From NCBI GenBank assembly GCA_032250935.1, contig JAVVFD010000002.1, positions 1 through 58,505 of the forward strand: a stretch of DNA of 58,505 bases. The letters are read 5' to 3'. Below are positions 48,701-56,862 of the stretch, one piece after another. The notes under the pieces were generated by a model. The model did not search any database. It saw only the letters and a program-made list of their open reading frames with translations, and was not told where the DNA came from. Every line of letters starts with the position of its first letter. Position 1 is the stretch's first letter. The DNA comes from a bacterium (GTDB lineage Bacteria; Desulfobacterota; JADFVX01). The position numbers were made by a program, and so were the translations under genes.

Positions 48701-49826
48701 TACTTTACATAACGACGGATCTACATCTGGAGTTTCAGCAGCAACCGACAGGAAAGTTCACCTGAGGGATGTTGATAACCCTGACTCTTACTTTATCTGG
48801 AATAAGAATGAATCAAATGCCGCCACCAAAGAGACATATAGAACAAATATGGACAACTTCTGCATGGCCTGCCATGATACTGACGGTGCATCGGGTATTG
48901 CCGTTAACGCCGGTGACAATGGTCTTGATCTGACGCCGACCGCTGATATCGCACTCAAGCCTTTCAACTCGAATGATACTATCAGAAACGGCAGGGACGG
49001 TTTTACAAGCAGAACAAGGGTAGTCGATGTATGGGATCAGTTCAATCCCGGTTCTGGTGGCTCCGGTGCCGGTTATAACGGAAACCCCTCTCAGCATGGC
49101 GTTCGTGGCGCAAGGTACAGTACGAAAAACGCCGGATGGAACGCCTCTAACGGCGGTGCTTGGACGACACATACTCTGAAAGACGGGACAACAGTGCTTG
49201 GTGGTGCAGGTGGAGCCGGTGAGACGGCGATGCTTCACTGTTCAGACTGCCATCTCTCCGAAACGAACGCACATGGCGCAACGAACGCATGGCATATGCT
49301 CCTCAACGGTACGGTAAACGATCACACCTCCGATACCGTAATGGGTGGACAGCTCGATACGACCACATCATCAGTCGTATGCTACAAGTGCCACAACTCA
49401 GGTGTCTATTCTAACTCTGCCAGTACACTTCCGAGATGGTCCCATGATGACGACGGCAACGTATGGGGCAGATCATATGGTAATGAACTAGGAGACAAGG
49501 GTAACGAACTCGGCCCAACATGCCTGCAGTGCCATGCTGGTGATGGTTTCGGACGTATTCACGGACGTGGTTCGGCCACAGACGGTGACCAGGGCGCTAC
49601 CTACGGTACAAATATAGGTACCTATGGAAAATACAGGTTTATGCCCGGCGCATACCAGAGCATATCACCCGGAACGAACGCTGATGATACAGCATGGACC
49701 CAGGGAAGCGGGACCGCCATGACATGCTACCTGACTCCAAATTCAACATGGTCCGGATGCTCTCAGCATAGTGGCGCAAAGTCCGGTGGTGGAACTGCCA
49801 ACTATGGCAGGGCATTGACATATTAA
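45771..49826 (+). CDS. chimeric secreted protein: non-haem beta-rich N-terminal region + multihaem cytochrome c C-terminal region
   Basis: 14 CxxCH plus 1 CxxxxCH, all located after aa 550. The likely true start is ATG 45903 (MRNFLK..), with a GGGAGA RBS 6 nt upstream. A signal-like segment LVLSLSLCIAFFSVTSSANA-AEE follows it. Confidence 0.85.
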   Translation: MSEMIIKNSIQKLSRNNQRRLKDGEVREMTGVTENNLNSKGRSAMRNFLKSLALLKGSIGKIEGVRERSVPSRSKIAPLVLSLSLCIAFFSVTSSANAAEEFLSVDSNGASSGWGGAWTDVQFSDGTAIGPAAKNARSTFGLTAPTGTGVITNVAVIAECMDAGGPEMINGVVRTGGTDYLGTSVSMTGAYSEYQFDWATNPGGGNWTWAQLAALEAGVEATASGGWGGTPLCNFITVMVTYVPQTQDLTLFEDISYDEYTPVSDVPLAKVRTSSGGDIVGNGYSVTAVTVTLGDGGGTPLSPTGPINVYYSTIDDLVTAKSGGSKGICASPVVGTPCNFALSGIGNETGYMFFTIDLVSGALGDYDLTVSSFTIGGASTDLIPLPKTTAAKSVKPPTQTLDYFFDYAQRYRANVTAPVTDLLLARINTNATSEGKPFANVSAGVFGTISSIDNLRVWWNTTEDFGSATKIGEVLAPTRDTLYNIDMTLNGGGGYVRGYIYFSISMPDAGNNGGYSLHINSMRDNKGPADDNLPLPRNTTTNYLIDPYKIQVCAECHAYPPYDAPATRGTPTGAVLGNHSAHARFNMMKCSSCHGDTTSGESDPAHRNNYVELRNPLGPPSGAGVYSRGYTFAQSTTTTLGTCSAIECHNGIAQTWGTSNTMVCNDCHLSGSADTDDFTYDEFTSTAVPRLYSSEWAYSGHGKSSGNYDLTGNPAAGLDCTNCHDSTLPHGDSIIPYRTKATGNMDIFCQNCHGTSAEIGSLFTTVSTVARGIKTHSRGVFIEENYKSLGTWRVETLKCIDCHDPHGDGTSGSGNKGMLHKQVWTGGSDTKGRPLPFDAGYSTVVFNSPTGVGGYGNNDAATTYICEVCHSTTSFHQRNGGGTAHFEGIRCPDCHQHDKGWAPYEECTECHAVPRNYLYNVRQIVEKDGDGAGDFVKLSRHVSNGTATEIVTSFDCVVCHAEGDYAKVNLNAGFTSATLHNDGSTSGVSAATDRKVHLRDVDNPDSYFIWNKNESNAATKETYRTNMDNFCMACHDTDGASGIAVNAGDNGLDLTPTADIALKPFNSNDTIRNGRDGFTSRTRVVDVWDQFNPGSGGSGAGYNGNPSQHGVRGARYSTKNAGWNASNGGAWTTHTLKDGTTVLGGAGGAGETAMLHCSDCHLSETNAHGATNAWHMLLNGTVNDHTSDTVMGGQLDTTTSSVVCYKCHNSGVYSNSASTLPRWSHDDDGNVWGRSYGNELGDKGNELGPTCLQCHAGDGFGRIHGRGSATDGDQGATYGTNIGTYGKYRFMPGAYQSISPGTNADDTAWTQGSGTAMTCYLTPNSTWSGCSQHSGAKSGGGTANYGRALTY

Positions 49827-49858
49827 TAGTTAGTGTCAAGTAATAAGGAATAATTACC

Positions 49859-49886
49859 GGGGGATCGTAAGATCCCCCTTTTTTTT
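49859..49886 (+). terminator. Rho-independent terminator closing the NHL-cytochrome operon
   Basis: GGGGGATC-gtaa-GATCCCCC, an 8-bp GC-rich stem, followed by T8. Confidence 0.85.
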
Positions 49887-49963
49887 AAATGCCGGTTTTT
49901 TTACATGAACCTTTAGAAGTATTCCCTGTCGAAACAGAGACAGAAGAACAATAAATGATCTTC

Positions 49964-49991
49964 TTGCCCGCATTCTAGCTAAAACTATATT
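49964..49991 (+). promoter_or_regulatory. candidate sigma-70 promoter of the maturation locus
   Basis: TTGCCC (49964-49969), a 16-nt spacer and TATATT (49986-49991), in an AT-rich gap about 50 nt upstream of ATG 50042. Confidence 0.35.
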
Positions 49992-50041
49992 TAATATATT
50001 ATATTTAAGTTGTTTTCGGTTTCCCTTGTTCGAGTTAATAT

Positions 50042-50617
50042 ATGAATGGAAGTAAAATAAAGTCATTCCTCTTCGCTATAGTGATCGCATTTTTTGCGTC
50101 AGTTATCTCCAACTGGCCCGGAGCATTTGCAAATTTGAGCTTCAAATTAGGCCTTTATGACCAGAAATCGGAAGAAGAAGAGGTTAAAATGGCCGTTAAG
50201 CAATATAATATCAACAGCGCCCAGTTTTACAATACTGCAGGAGAGGATAAGTCCGCTCTGCCGATTATCCCCGCCGCCCCCCTTCTTAAACGGAGACTAT
50301 TCAAGGATATTAATACGCTCAAAAAGGACGGCCTCCTTATCGTTTTTGACAGGGACCGTGACGAGTTTTTAAATATATATTTCCCCAGGAGAGACCTAGC
50401 CGTTGCGGAAACTAGAGAAGTCTGGGCCATGGTGCTTCAGGATGTTAAAACGAGGGAGCCAAGAACGACGGTTAAGGCAGAGAGTGTGAAAGTCCGCTAT
50501 GTCTTAAAAAAGGAAGCTTATTCAAGACTTGGATTGGTCTGGGTTGTCTACGAGGCGGATGTATACCCCGATGATGAAAGAGCTATACCTCCTTTAAATA
50601 TAAAGCCTGTTTTATAG
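50042..50617 (+). CDS. membrane-anchored protein of unknown function (paralogue A)
   Basis: 191 aa with one N-terminal hydrophobic helix (FLFAIVIAFFASVI) and then a soluble alpha/beta-looking domain. It shows weak hand-aligned similarity to the 55033-55566 product. Confidence 0.6.
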   Translation: MNGSKIKSFLFAIVIAFFASVISNWPGAFANLSFKLGLYDQKSEEEEVKMAVKQYNINSAQFYNTAGEDKSALPIIPAAPLLKRRLFKDINTLKKDGLLIVFDRDRDEFLNIYFPRRDLAVAETREVWAMVLQDVKTREPRTTVKAESVKVRYVLKKEAYSRLGLVWVVYEADVYPDDERAIPPLNIKPVL

Positions 50618-50760
50618 ATAAGCGACTAAGAGTTTTTGAATCTGGTGTCTTATTTATTCTTCTAATGCCGACTACAATAAAAGTAGTTTTCCATCAAGTT
50701 GGATGGCTCAAGTTTTAGCGGCTCATTGGATATAAAGGGATACTATAAATTAAAAAATAA

Positions 50761-51777
50761 ATGAAAAAGATTTTCCAATATCTGGGATCAAAAGAATTAC
50801 TAATCTCTACTATTTTGTTCATAGGCCTTTATCTGCTTATAGAGTTATATGGTCTGTTTCGCCTTGGACCAGCCACATATCGGGAGATTTTTCACTCGGC
50901 AGCGATGAAGACTGCCTCTGTCTTAATCCTCATTAATGCACTTCTCCTCCTTCGTCACCTTGTCGGTGCATCAATATGGATGAAAGGGGGGATAACACTA
51001 TTTTCCTTCGGCCTCATAATAATTGTCACCGCCATTTGGGTGAGCATATACACACGATTTGAGGGAAATTTTGTAAGAGACGAGGGCGCCTCTTTTTCAG
51101 CCTTTAAGTCTGATTATATTAAAGAGACTCTCTTTATGCCGAGGTTGGGTGCTCTTCCACAGGTAGGTTTTACCTTTCACAAAATCTCTGTCCAGGCCAA
51201 TGATGAGCTTACGAAATTAGTAAAGCTCAGTGCCGACGTATCTCATGCTGGTAGAACTGTTGATGGAATCGTCGAGCGTACTATAGATTCTGAGAACCTT
51301 CTAATTTCCGACTGGACCTTGATCAGCTTTGTTGACTTCGGCTATTCTACAAGGCTCGTCCTCCATGATTTCACAGAGAAGGAAATAGAGAAACAGAAAA
51401 TATATATGAAGCTGTTTCCAGCAGGTGCAGAAGAACGGGCAGAGGGCATGTATCTGGGTTATTCTTTTTATATCAAGCTATATCCCGACTATATTGACAA
51501 TGATGGCATGCCTGGCACCCGATCGCTTTATCCCGAGAATCCGATGCTCAACTTAAGGATTGTAAGGAATAAAGACATAGTTTTTGACGGGCTGGTCGAG
51601 CCGGGGGGAAAAGTGAAGTTCGATAATATTATAGTACAGTTTCCCGAGGTGAAGATGTGTGTTGAGATGAGGTTCGTCAGGGACTACGGTCTTCCTATAG
51701 TCGCCGTTAGTATCCCCTTTTTCTTTATTGCTATATCAATGTTGCTGCTTGGAAGAAAGAGAGCGCGAATGGCATAA
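50761..51777 (+). CDS. short ResB/CcsB-like membrane protein (divergent)
   Basis: 338 aa with ResB-like topology. N-terminal helices are followed by an FEGNFVRDEGASF block, a soluble middle region and a C-terminal helix after VRDYG. These blocks parallel those in the two longer ResB genes. It lacks the FHISF histidine helix. Confidence 0.55.
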   Translation: MKKIFQYLGSKELLISTILFIGLYLLIELYGLFRLGPATYREIFHSAAMKTASVLILINALLLLRHLVGASIWMKGGITLFSFGLIIIVTAIWVSIYTRFEGNFVRDEGASFSAFKSDYIKETLFMPRLGALPQVGFTFHKISVQANDELTKLVKLSADVSHAGRTVDGIVERTIDSENLLISDWTLISFVDFGYSTRLVLHDFTEKEIEKQKIYMKLFPAGAEERAEGMYLGYSFYIKLYPDYIDNDGMPGTRSLYPENPMLNLRIVRNKDIVFDGLVEPGGKVKFDNIIVQFPEVKMCVEMRFVRDYGLPIVAVSIPFFFIAISMLLLGRKRARMA

Positions 51778-51852
51778 AGGCAAGAAAAAAACTCTTTTAA
51801 CTTTCAAGGGCTACTCCCTGTTCAGCTCGCATCAATATGGTGTTACCTCGTC

Positions 51853-53262
51853 GTGATAAAACTAGCTTTTCAAAGATTATCTAACCTATTTAAGTGGTTT
51901 AAAAAACCTAAGACCACTATTTATATTCTTGTTACTCTTTCATTTCTTTATCTTCTTGGTCTGATAATACCGCAGAAAATTTTTTTTGAGACTAAAGCTG
52001 CATATGATGCCTGGATTGGCAAGTCTCCTCTCCTCTTTAATTTTATTGACTGGATAGGCTTTACTGATATATATGTCGCGCCCTTTACTCTCTTTTTATT
52101 AACCCTCTTTTTTATCAATCTTCTTGCCGTTACCATTGACAGGATCCCAATATTGCTCCGCAGGGCATATATCGGATCAGATATAAAATTTCCCTTTGAC
52201 CTTAAATCGCTTCTCCGTTCAAGTAAAGTTAGAGAAATAAATGTAGAAAAAGGGGAAGAAGGTGCGATTAAAAAAAGTATAGAGAACTACTTTATTCGGC
52301 ATAGGTGGCATGTAAAAATAAAAAATGAAGGGAATCTTATACTAGCAGTGCGAAACCGCTTTGCAGTTATAGGCTTCCTCTTCTTTCATATAAGCTTCCT
52401 CTTCTTTCTTGCAGGCGCACTCCTTATCTTTTACAGTCGCTTCAGTGGCCTGATAGTTCTTACGGAAGGAGAGTCCTTTTCCGGCAACATAAGCCGTTTC
52501 AGGAAGGTAAATCGTATGCCCAAGATCATGAAAGATCTCTCGATGCCTAAAATTACCCTTGAAGAAGTGGAGATGAATTATGAGGGAGACAGAAAGACGG
52601 ACCTCTATATTAACCTTGATGTAGAGGATGGGGTCGGAGTTAGAAGAGAATGGGCTGGCGTTAATCAGCCTGTAGTTCTCGGAAACGTTTCTCTGCTTGC
52701 CATGAATGCCGGTGTATCACCTCTTTTCATACTTAGAAGAGTAGATGATAATAGTGAGGTAGACGGGGCCTGGCTCAGTCTTAATGTCCTTGACGGGAAT
52801 ATTGATAGCTTCAGTTTTTCAAATAGCTCTACCATTACCTATACGACATGGTTTTACCCTGACTACCAGATTGAAGATATGTATGAAAGCAGCAAAACTC
52901 CTGAAATCAGGAATCCTGCATTTCACGTTGTCGTTCAGGATAAAGGAACTGTTTTGGCGGAAGCGACTATCCGAAAAGGGCAGGGGATGATATTTGAACC
53001 ATATATTCTGATTTTTGAGGAAATAAGGGCCTGGGGCGAATTGCATCTCGTGAGGGAAGCTGGCCCTCCTTTTCTGGTAGCAGGATTTATCCTCGCAATT
53101 ACAGGTCTCTTTATGAGGCTTATATTCTACCGAAGAGAGATAAGGATTGCTCTTAGTGACGGCAAGCTCTATCTGGCCGGATCCAGTGACCTACACCAGT
53201 TTTCATTTGAAGAAAAGGTTGATAAGATTAAGGCAGAACTTTCAACAGAATTAATGACGTAG
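51853..53262 (+). CDS. ccsB: cytochrome c biogenesis protein ResB/CcsB (System II), copy 1
   Basis: 469 aa with a GTG start. N-terminal helix ending LGLIIPQ, His-containing helix FLFFHISFLFFLAGALLIF, LTEGESF block, large soluble loop and C-terminal helix after VREAGPPF. Confidence 0.8.
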   Translation: MIKLAFQRLSNLFKWFKKPKTTIYILVTLSFLYLLGLIIPQKIFFETKAAYDAWIGKSPLLFNFIDWIGFTDIYVAPFTLFLLTLFFINLLAVTIDRIPILLRRAYIGSDIKFPFDLKSLLRSSKVREINVEKGEEGAIKKSIENYFIRHRWHVKIKNEGNLILAVRNRFAVIGFLFFHISFLFFLAGALLIFYSRFSGLIVLTEGESFSGNISRFRKVNRMPKIMKDLSMPKITLEEVEMNYEGDRKTDLYINLDVEDGVGVRREWAGVNQPVVLGNVSLLAMNAGVSPLFILRRVDDNSEVDGAWLSLNVLDGNIDSFSFSNSSTITYTTWFYPDYQIEDMYESSKTPEIRNPAFHVVVQDKGTVLAEATIRKGQGMIFEPYILIFEEIRAWGELHLVREAGPPFLVAGFILAITGLFMRLIFYRREIRIALSDGKLYLAGSSDLHQFSFEEKVDKIKAELSTELMT

Positions 53263-53350
53263 AAAAGATCTTAAGATGGACTGATTTCTGAAAGAGTGCT
53301 ATTATCAAGTCTTGCATATAATAAAACTTCAACGAATGTAGATAATTAAA

Positions 53351-54220
53351 ATGACAACATTTGAAACTATTCTGATTTGGGGCTCAGTTTATCTTTATTC
53401 TCTTGTCGCCTTACTGCTTCTTACCGGCTTTATCTTTAATAAAGACAAAATTGTAAGTTGTGCCGGTTATGTTCTTGTTCCGGCCTTTATTGCTCATACA
53501 ATGGAATTTGCACTCCGTTGGGCAAGAACAGGTTATTTTCCTGCCCTTGGCGACTATGAAAATGCCGTTACGGGGGGATGGTTTGCTATCGCATTTACGC
53601 TTTACTTCTTCTTTAATAAAAAGCCCATTAAAGGGATAGCAGTTGTAACGGTTCCTTTTGTGCTGCTCTTCCTTGGATATGGCATCATGAAGAACCCTGT
53701 CCAACTCCCTCTTGCAATCTCTCTAAAGAGCAGCTGGCTCGTTGTCCATGTCTTGTTTGCACAGATCGCCTTTGGTGCTGCGGCGATAGCAAGCGGAATA
53801 GGAGCTATTTACCTGCTTAAAGACAACCGGAAAAAGAAGGGGATTGAAAGCCCTTTCTTTAATCGTTTTCCTCCATTGCCCGTACTTGAGGAAATTATGT
53901 TCAAGTTTGCCATATACGGGTTCATTTCTATGGCGATAGAGATTGCGGCCGGGTCCATATGGGCGAAGGAGTTATGGGGCGCCTATTGGGGGTGGGACCC
54001 TGTCGAAGTATGGAATCTTACGTCATGGCTCATTTACGGCATCGCAATTCACCTGAAGTTGACACTGAACTGGGAGGGTAGGCGACTTGCCTGGCTTTAC
54101 ATAGCCGCCATGCTAGCAATTATTATCACCTTCTGGGGGGTCGATCTGGTCGTTGAAAAGAGCCACAGTTTTTTCAGGATGGAAGGGGAACCGGAATTAC
54201 GGCAGATGATGGGAAAGTAA
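53351..54220 (+). CDS. ccsA: cytochrome c assembly protein CcsA/ResC (System II haem handling/lyase), copy 1
   Basis: Eight-helix-type membrane protein with the Trp-rich WWD motif WAKELWGAYWGWDPVEVWNLTSW, followed by IHLKL. Confidence 0.88.
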   Translation: MTTFETILIWGSVYLYSLVALLLLTGFIFNKDKIVSCAGYVLVPAFIAHTMEFALRWARTGYFPALGDYENAVTGGWFAIAFTLYFFFNKKPIKGIAVVTVPFVLLFLGYGIMKNPVQLPLAISLKSSWLVVHVLFAQIAFGAAAIASGIGAIYLLKDNRKKKGIESPFFNRFPPLPVLEEIMFKFAIYGFISMAIEIAAGSIWAKELWGAYWGWDPVEVWNLTSWLIYGIAIHLKLTLNWEGRRLAWLYIAAMLAIIITFWGVDLVVEKSHSFFRMEGEPELRQMMGK

Positions 54221-54267
54221 TTACAGATAAAAACAGTCGATCATAGATTTTGAAAGGAGGATTGAGC

Positions 54268-55008
54268 ATGGATAAAAAAACAAGTATAGTAGTATTAATG
54301 ATTATTTCCTTAATGGTGATGCCTGCATTTTTGGCCTTTGCCGGAGATCTGAATAAAGCCCTTGTTAATGCAGCCAACAAGGGAGATAACAAGTCGGTAA
54401 ATAAGTTACTTGCGCAGGGTGCAGATGTGAGGTTGGCGCTTGTCCAGGCAATTGAAGGCGGAGACGCAAATGCGGCCAAAGTGCTTATCGAGAAAGGAGC
54501 AGACCTTGATTTTATAATTGAAGGTGGCGGCAACAACCTCCTCATGATGGCCGCACGGGGCGGGCATGCAGATGCCGTTGGTATTCTTTTAGATAAGGGG
54601 ATGGAAGTAAATGATTTAAATAGTAAAGGGGAAAGCCCTTTGTTTATAGCGACAAACAGTAAAAAAATTGAAGTTGCCAACCTGCTTCTGGAAAGGGGGG
54701 CGGATATCAGCCTGAAAAACAAAAGCGGTTGGTCTCCAATTCATGTAGCGGCCAAGAAATGTCAAACAGATATGGTTAATCTTTTTCTGGATAATGGTGC
54801 CGATATCGAGGATAGAGAGTCGAGAGGATATACGCCCCTAATAATGGCCTCTGAGTGGGACTGCCCCGCAACGGTAAAGTTGCTTTTGGAAAGGGGTGCA
54901 AAGCCCGATGCTCTGACGAAAAAGAAAGAAAGCGCCCTATGGTTTGCACAGCGTGAGAAGTTCGGAGAGGTCCTTAAATTATTGCAACAATATTTACCGA
55001 AGGAATAG
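54268..55008 (+). CDS. periplasmic ankyrin-repeat protein
   Basis: I prefer ATG 54268, with an AGGAGG RBS 7 nt upstream, to the ORF-track start at 54250. Signal peptide VLMIISLMVMPAFLAFA. About six ankyrin repeats (GDNKSVNKLLAQGADV, GHADAVGILLDKGMEVN, G.SPLFIAT, GWSPIHVAA, GYTPLIMAS). Confidence 0.85.
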   Translation: MDKKTSIVVLMIISLMVMPAFLAFAGDLNKALVNAANKGDNKSVNKLLAQGADVRLALVQAIEGGDANAAKVLIEKGADLDFIIEGGGNNLLMMAARGGHADAVGILLDKGMEVNDLNSKGESPLFIATNSKKIEVANLLLERGADISLKNKSGWSPIHVAAKKCQTDMVNLFLDNGADIEDRESRGYTPLIMASEWDCPATVKLLLERGAKPDALTKKKESALWFAQREKFGEVLKLLQQYLPKE

Positions 55009-55032
55009 ATATATTTTTATAAATTAATTATC

Positions 55033-55566
55033 GTGAGTATAGTAAAAAAAACTCTGCTTATGTTTGGCGCTTCATTGGCGCTTTTTTTCATCTTTGCCTT
55101 CATAGATGAGTATGAGAATCTTTTTGGAGCAGGCAAGGACAATCTTCTTATCACTGTCGATCCTTATGAAATAGAAGAGACTCTCAATCGTTATATTGAG
55201 AAACTTTCTGCCGCCTATCTGCATGCCTCTTCCGATGCAATCAAAGAAATTCCGCAGACAGATGATCTCAGAAAAGAGCTTGAAGAGGATATCATGTTCC
55301 TTGAAAGAGATGGAAGAATTCAGCACTACCAGGTAAGAAGTCTGTGGCTTCAAAATGTCAACCAGGTTGCAGCCGATAAGGTGAGGGCTTCCACAAGCGA
55401 ACTCATATCCGTACGGTACCTCGACTCATCGGATAGTTCCGAACTCAGGTCTCTCCCGGAAGCAGTTTTTAACATGAGCTATGTCCTTGAATATGGTAAA
55501 AAGGGATGGGTTGTTTCACGCTATGATGTAGTGAACATTGCAGCAAGTTCCAAAGAGGGTCAATGA
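55033..55566 (+). CDS. membrane-anchored protein of unknown function (paralogue B)
   Basis: 177 aa with one N-terminal helix (LLMFGASLALFFIFAFI). The shared blocks with the 50042 product are YN/YI..A.Y, L+K.L..DI..L.+DG, and YVL......WVV...DV. Its stop overlaps the next start (ATGA). Confidence 0.6.
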   Translation: MSIVKKTLLMFGASLALFFIFAFIDEYENLFGAGKDNLLITVDPYEIEETLNRYIEKLSAAYLHASSDAIKEIPQTDDLRKELEEDIMFLERDGRIQHYQVRSLWLQNVNQVAADKVRASTSELISVRYLDSSDSSELRSLPEAVFNMSYVLEYGKKGWVVSRYDVVNIAASSKEGQ

Positions 55567-56849
55567 AGAAGAGCTTTACTAAAACCGTCTGGGACTCATT
55601 AGGTTCAAGAGATCTATCGGTATTTATTTTTATTATGGGCCTTACTTATTTATTTGTAGGCTATATCTTCTCCACCATTGTCCCTCCCGGTTGGTTTGAT
55701 TCGTTTCAGTCTCTGCTGCCCCTTCTTGTCATGTATACATTGTTCTTCATCAACCTTGTTATATGTGAAATAAAGTGGATACCCGTTGCTATAGGGCGTT
55801 GCCGGCAGCTCGAACTTCCAAGGCCGGATAATCTGAAGCGCTTCGGAAAGGGAATAGGTCTGGATGAATCTTACAGTATAAATTCCTTGAAACAAAGCCT
55901 CTCTAAGAGTTTCTTTCGAATAAAGGAATACGAAGTTGAGGGGAAATCGGTCCTGTTTTACATAAGAGGCCTTACTGCACCACTTGGAAATATAATATTT
56001 CATATCAGTTTTCTATTCCTTCTAGCCGGTATACTTGTTGGGTTACTATATCGAGTTGAGGGTAGTTTTTCTATAATAGAGGGCAGGGGCTTTGATGGAA
56101 CGCCGGGATTTTATAACGATATTAAGGGTTCTCCTCTCTCTGAATTACCTTATATCAAATTTACTCTGGATTCGATAATACCCGAGTTCTGGGAAGGGGA
56201 ACTTCTTTTTACAGACCTTAGGGCCGATTTAACGATGGAGGATGGCTCTAAAGGGAGTTCGTGGCTAAGCGAGGCGATTGGTATAGATGGTGCGTCTGTC
56301 ACCGTGAACGGGATAGGGTACGCAATTAGTTACAATCTTAAAGACAGGGAAGGGAAAGAGCTAAAAAGTGGTACTGTCTCCATGCCTAATCTCTTTGCGC
56401 CCGGCATGGAAGATACTCTCACTATTCCAGGTTATCCCCACAGATTCCTTGTCGCATATTATCCTGACGCCAAGATAAATGGAAGCAATATCTCAAACCT
56501 ATCAATGAACCGAAAAAATCCGGTGATAGGCCTGAGGGTATACAGAGGGAGACTTCCTGTATTTACAGGGCTGCTAAGAGAGGGAGAGGAGGCCGAGTTC
56601 GATAATCATTATATTTCATTTCCTGAAGTGAAATATAGGGGTGATTTTAAATTTGTTAAAGACAGTGGATTCTATTTTATATGGATCGCCTTTGTCATGA
56701 TGATTTCAGGTCTTGTCTGGCGCTTCTTATTCTGTAGAAAAGAGGTTCTTATAATAGAAGATAAAGGTGAATACTCTATTTATCTGAAAAGTGAGTATTT
56801 CCCTCTTCTTTTTGAAAAGAGGATAAGAGAGATGGCAGGTCAATTGTGA
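55563..56849 (+). CDS. ccsB: cytochrome c biogenesis protein ResB/CcsB (System II), copy 2
   Basis: 428 aa. His helix NIIFHISFLFLLAGILVGLLY, IIEGRGF block and a C-terminal helix after VKDSGFYF. The architecture matches copy 1. Confidence 0.8.
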   Translation: MKKSFTKTVWDSLGSRDLSVFIFIMGLTYLFVGYIFSTIVPPGWFDSFQSLLPLLVMYTLFFINLVICEIKWIPVAIGRCRQLELPRPDNLKRFGKGIGLDESYSINSLKQSLSKSFFRIKEYEVEGKSVLFYIRGLTAPLGNIIFHISFLFLLAGILVGLLYRVEGSFSIIEGRGFDGTPGFYNDIKGSPLSELPYIKFTLDSIIPEFWEGELLFTDLRADLTMEDGSKGSSWLSEAIGIDGASVTVNGIGYAISYNLKDREGKELKSGTVSMPNLFAPGMEDTLTIPGYPHRFLVAYYPDAKINGSNISNLSMNRKNPVIGLRVYRGRLPVFTGLLREGEEAEFDNHYISFPEVKYRGDFKFVKDSGFYFIWIAFVMMISGLVWRFLFCRKEVLIIEDKGEYSIYLKSEYFPLLFEKRIREMAGQL

Positions 56850-56862
56850 GGTATAGAAGGCA

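Noticed and set aside
34614-49826. A porin-cytochrome (Mtr/Pcc-type) conduit interpretation.
   Set aside because: No ORF in or next to the operon has the alternating-strand, aromatic-terminal features of an outer-membrane beta-barrel. I therefore did not call the locus an Mtr/Pcc homologue. A porin could still be encoded elsewhere.
54174-54722. 182-aa ORF antisense to the ankyrin gene.
   Set aside because: The ankyrin repeats on the + strand are unmistakable. The antisense product is low-complexity (Ser/Pro/Ala/Leu).
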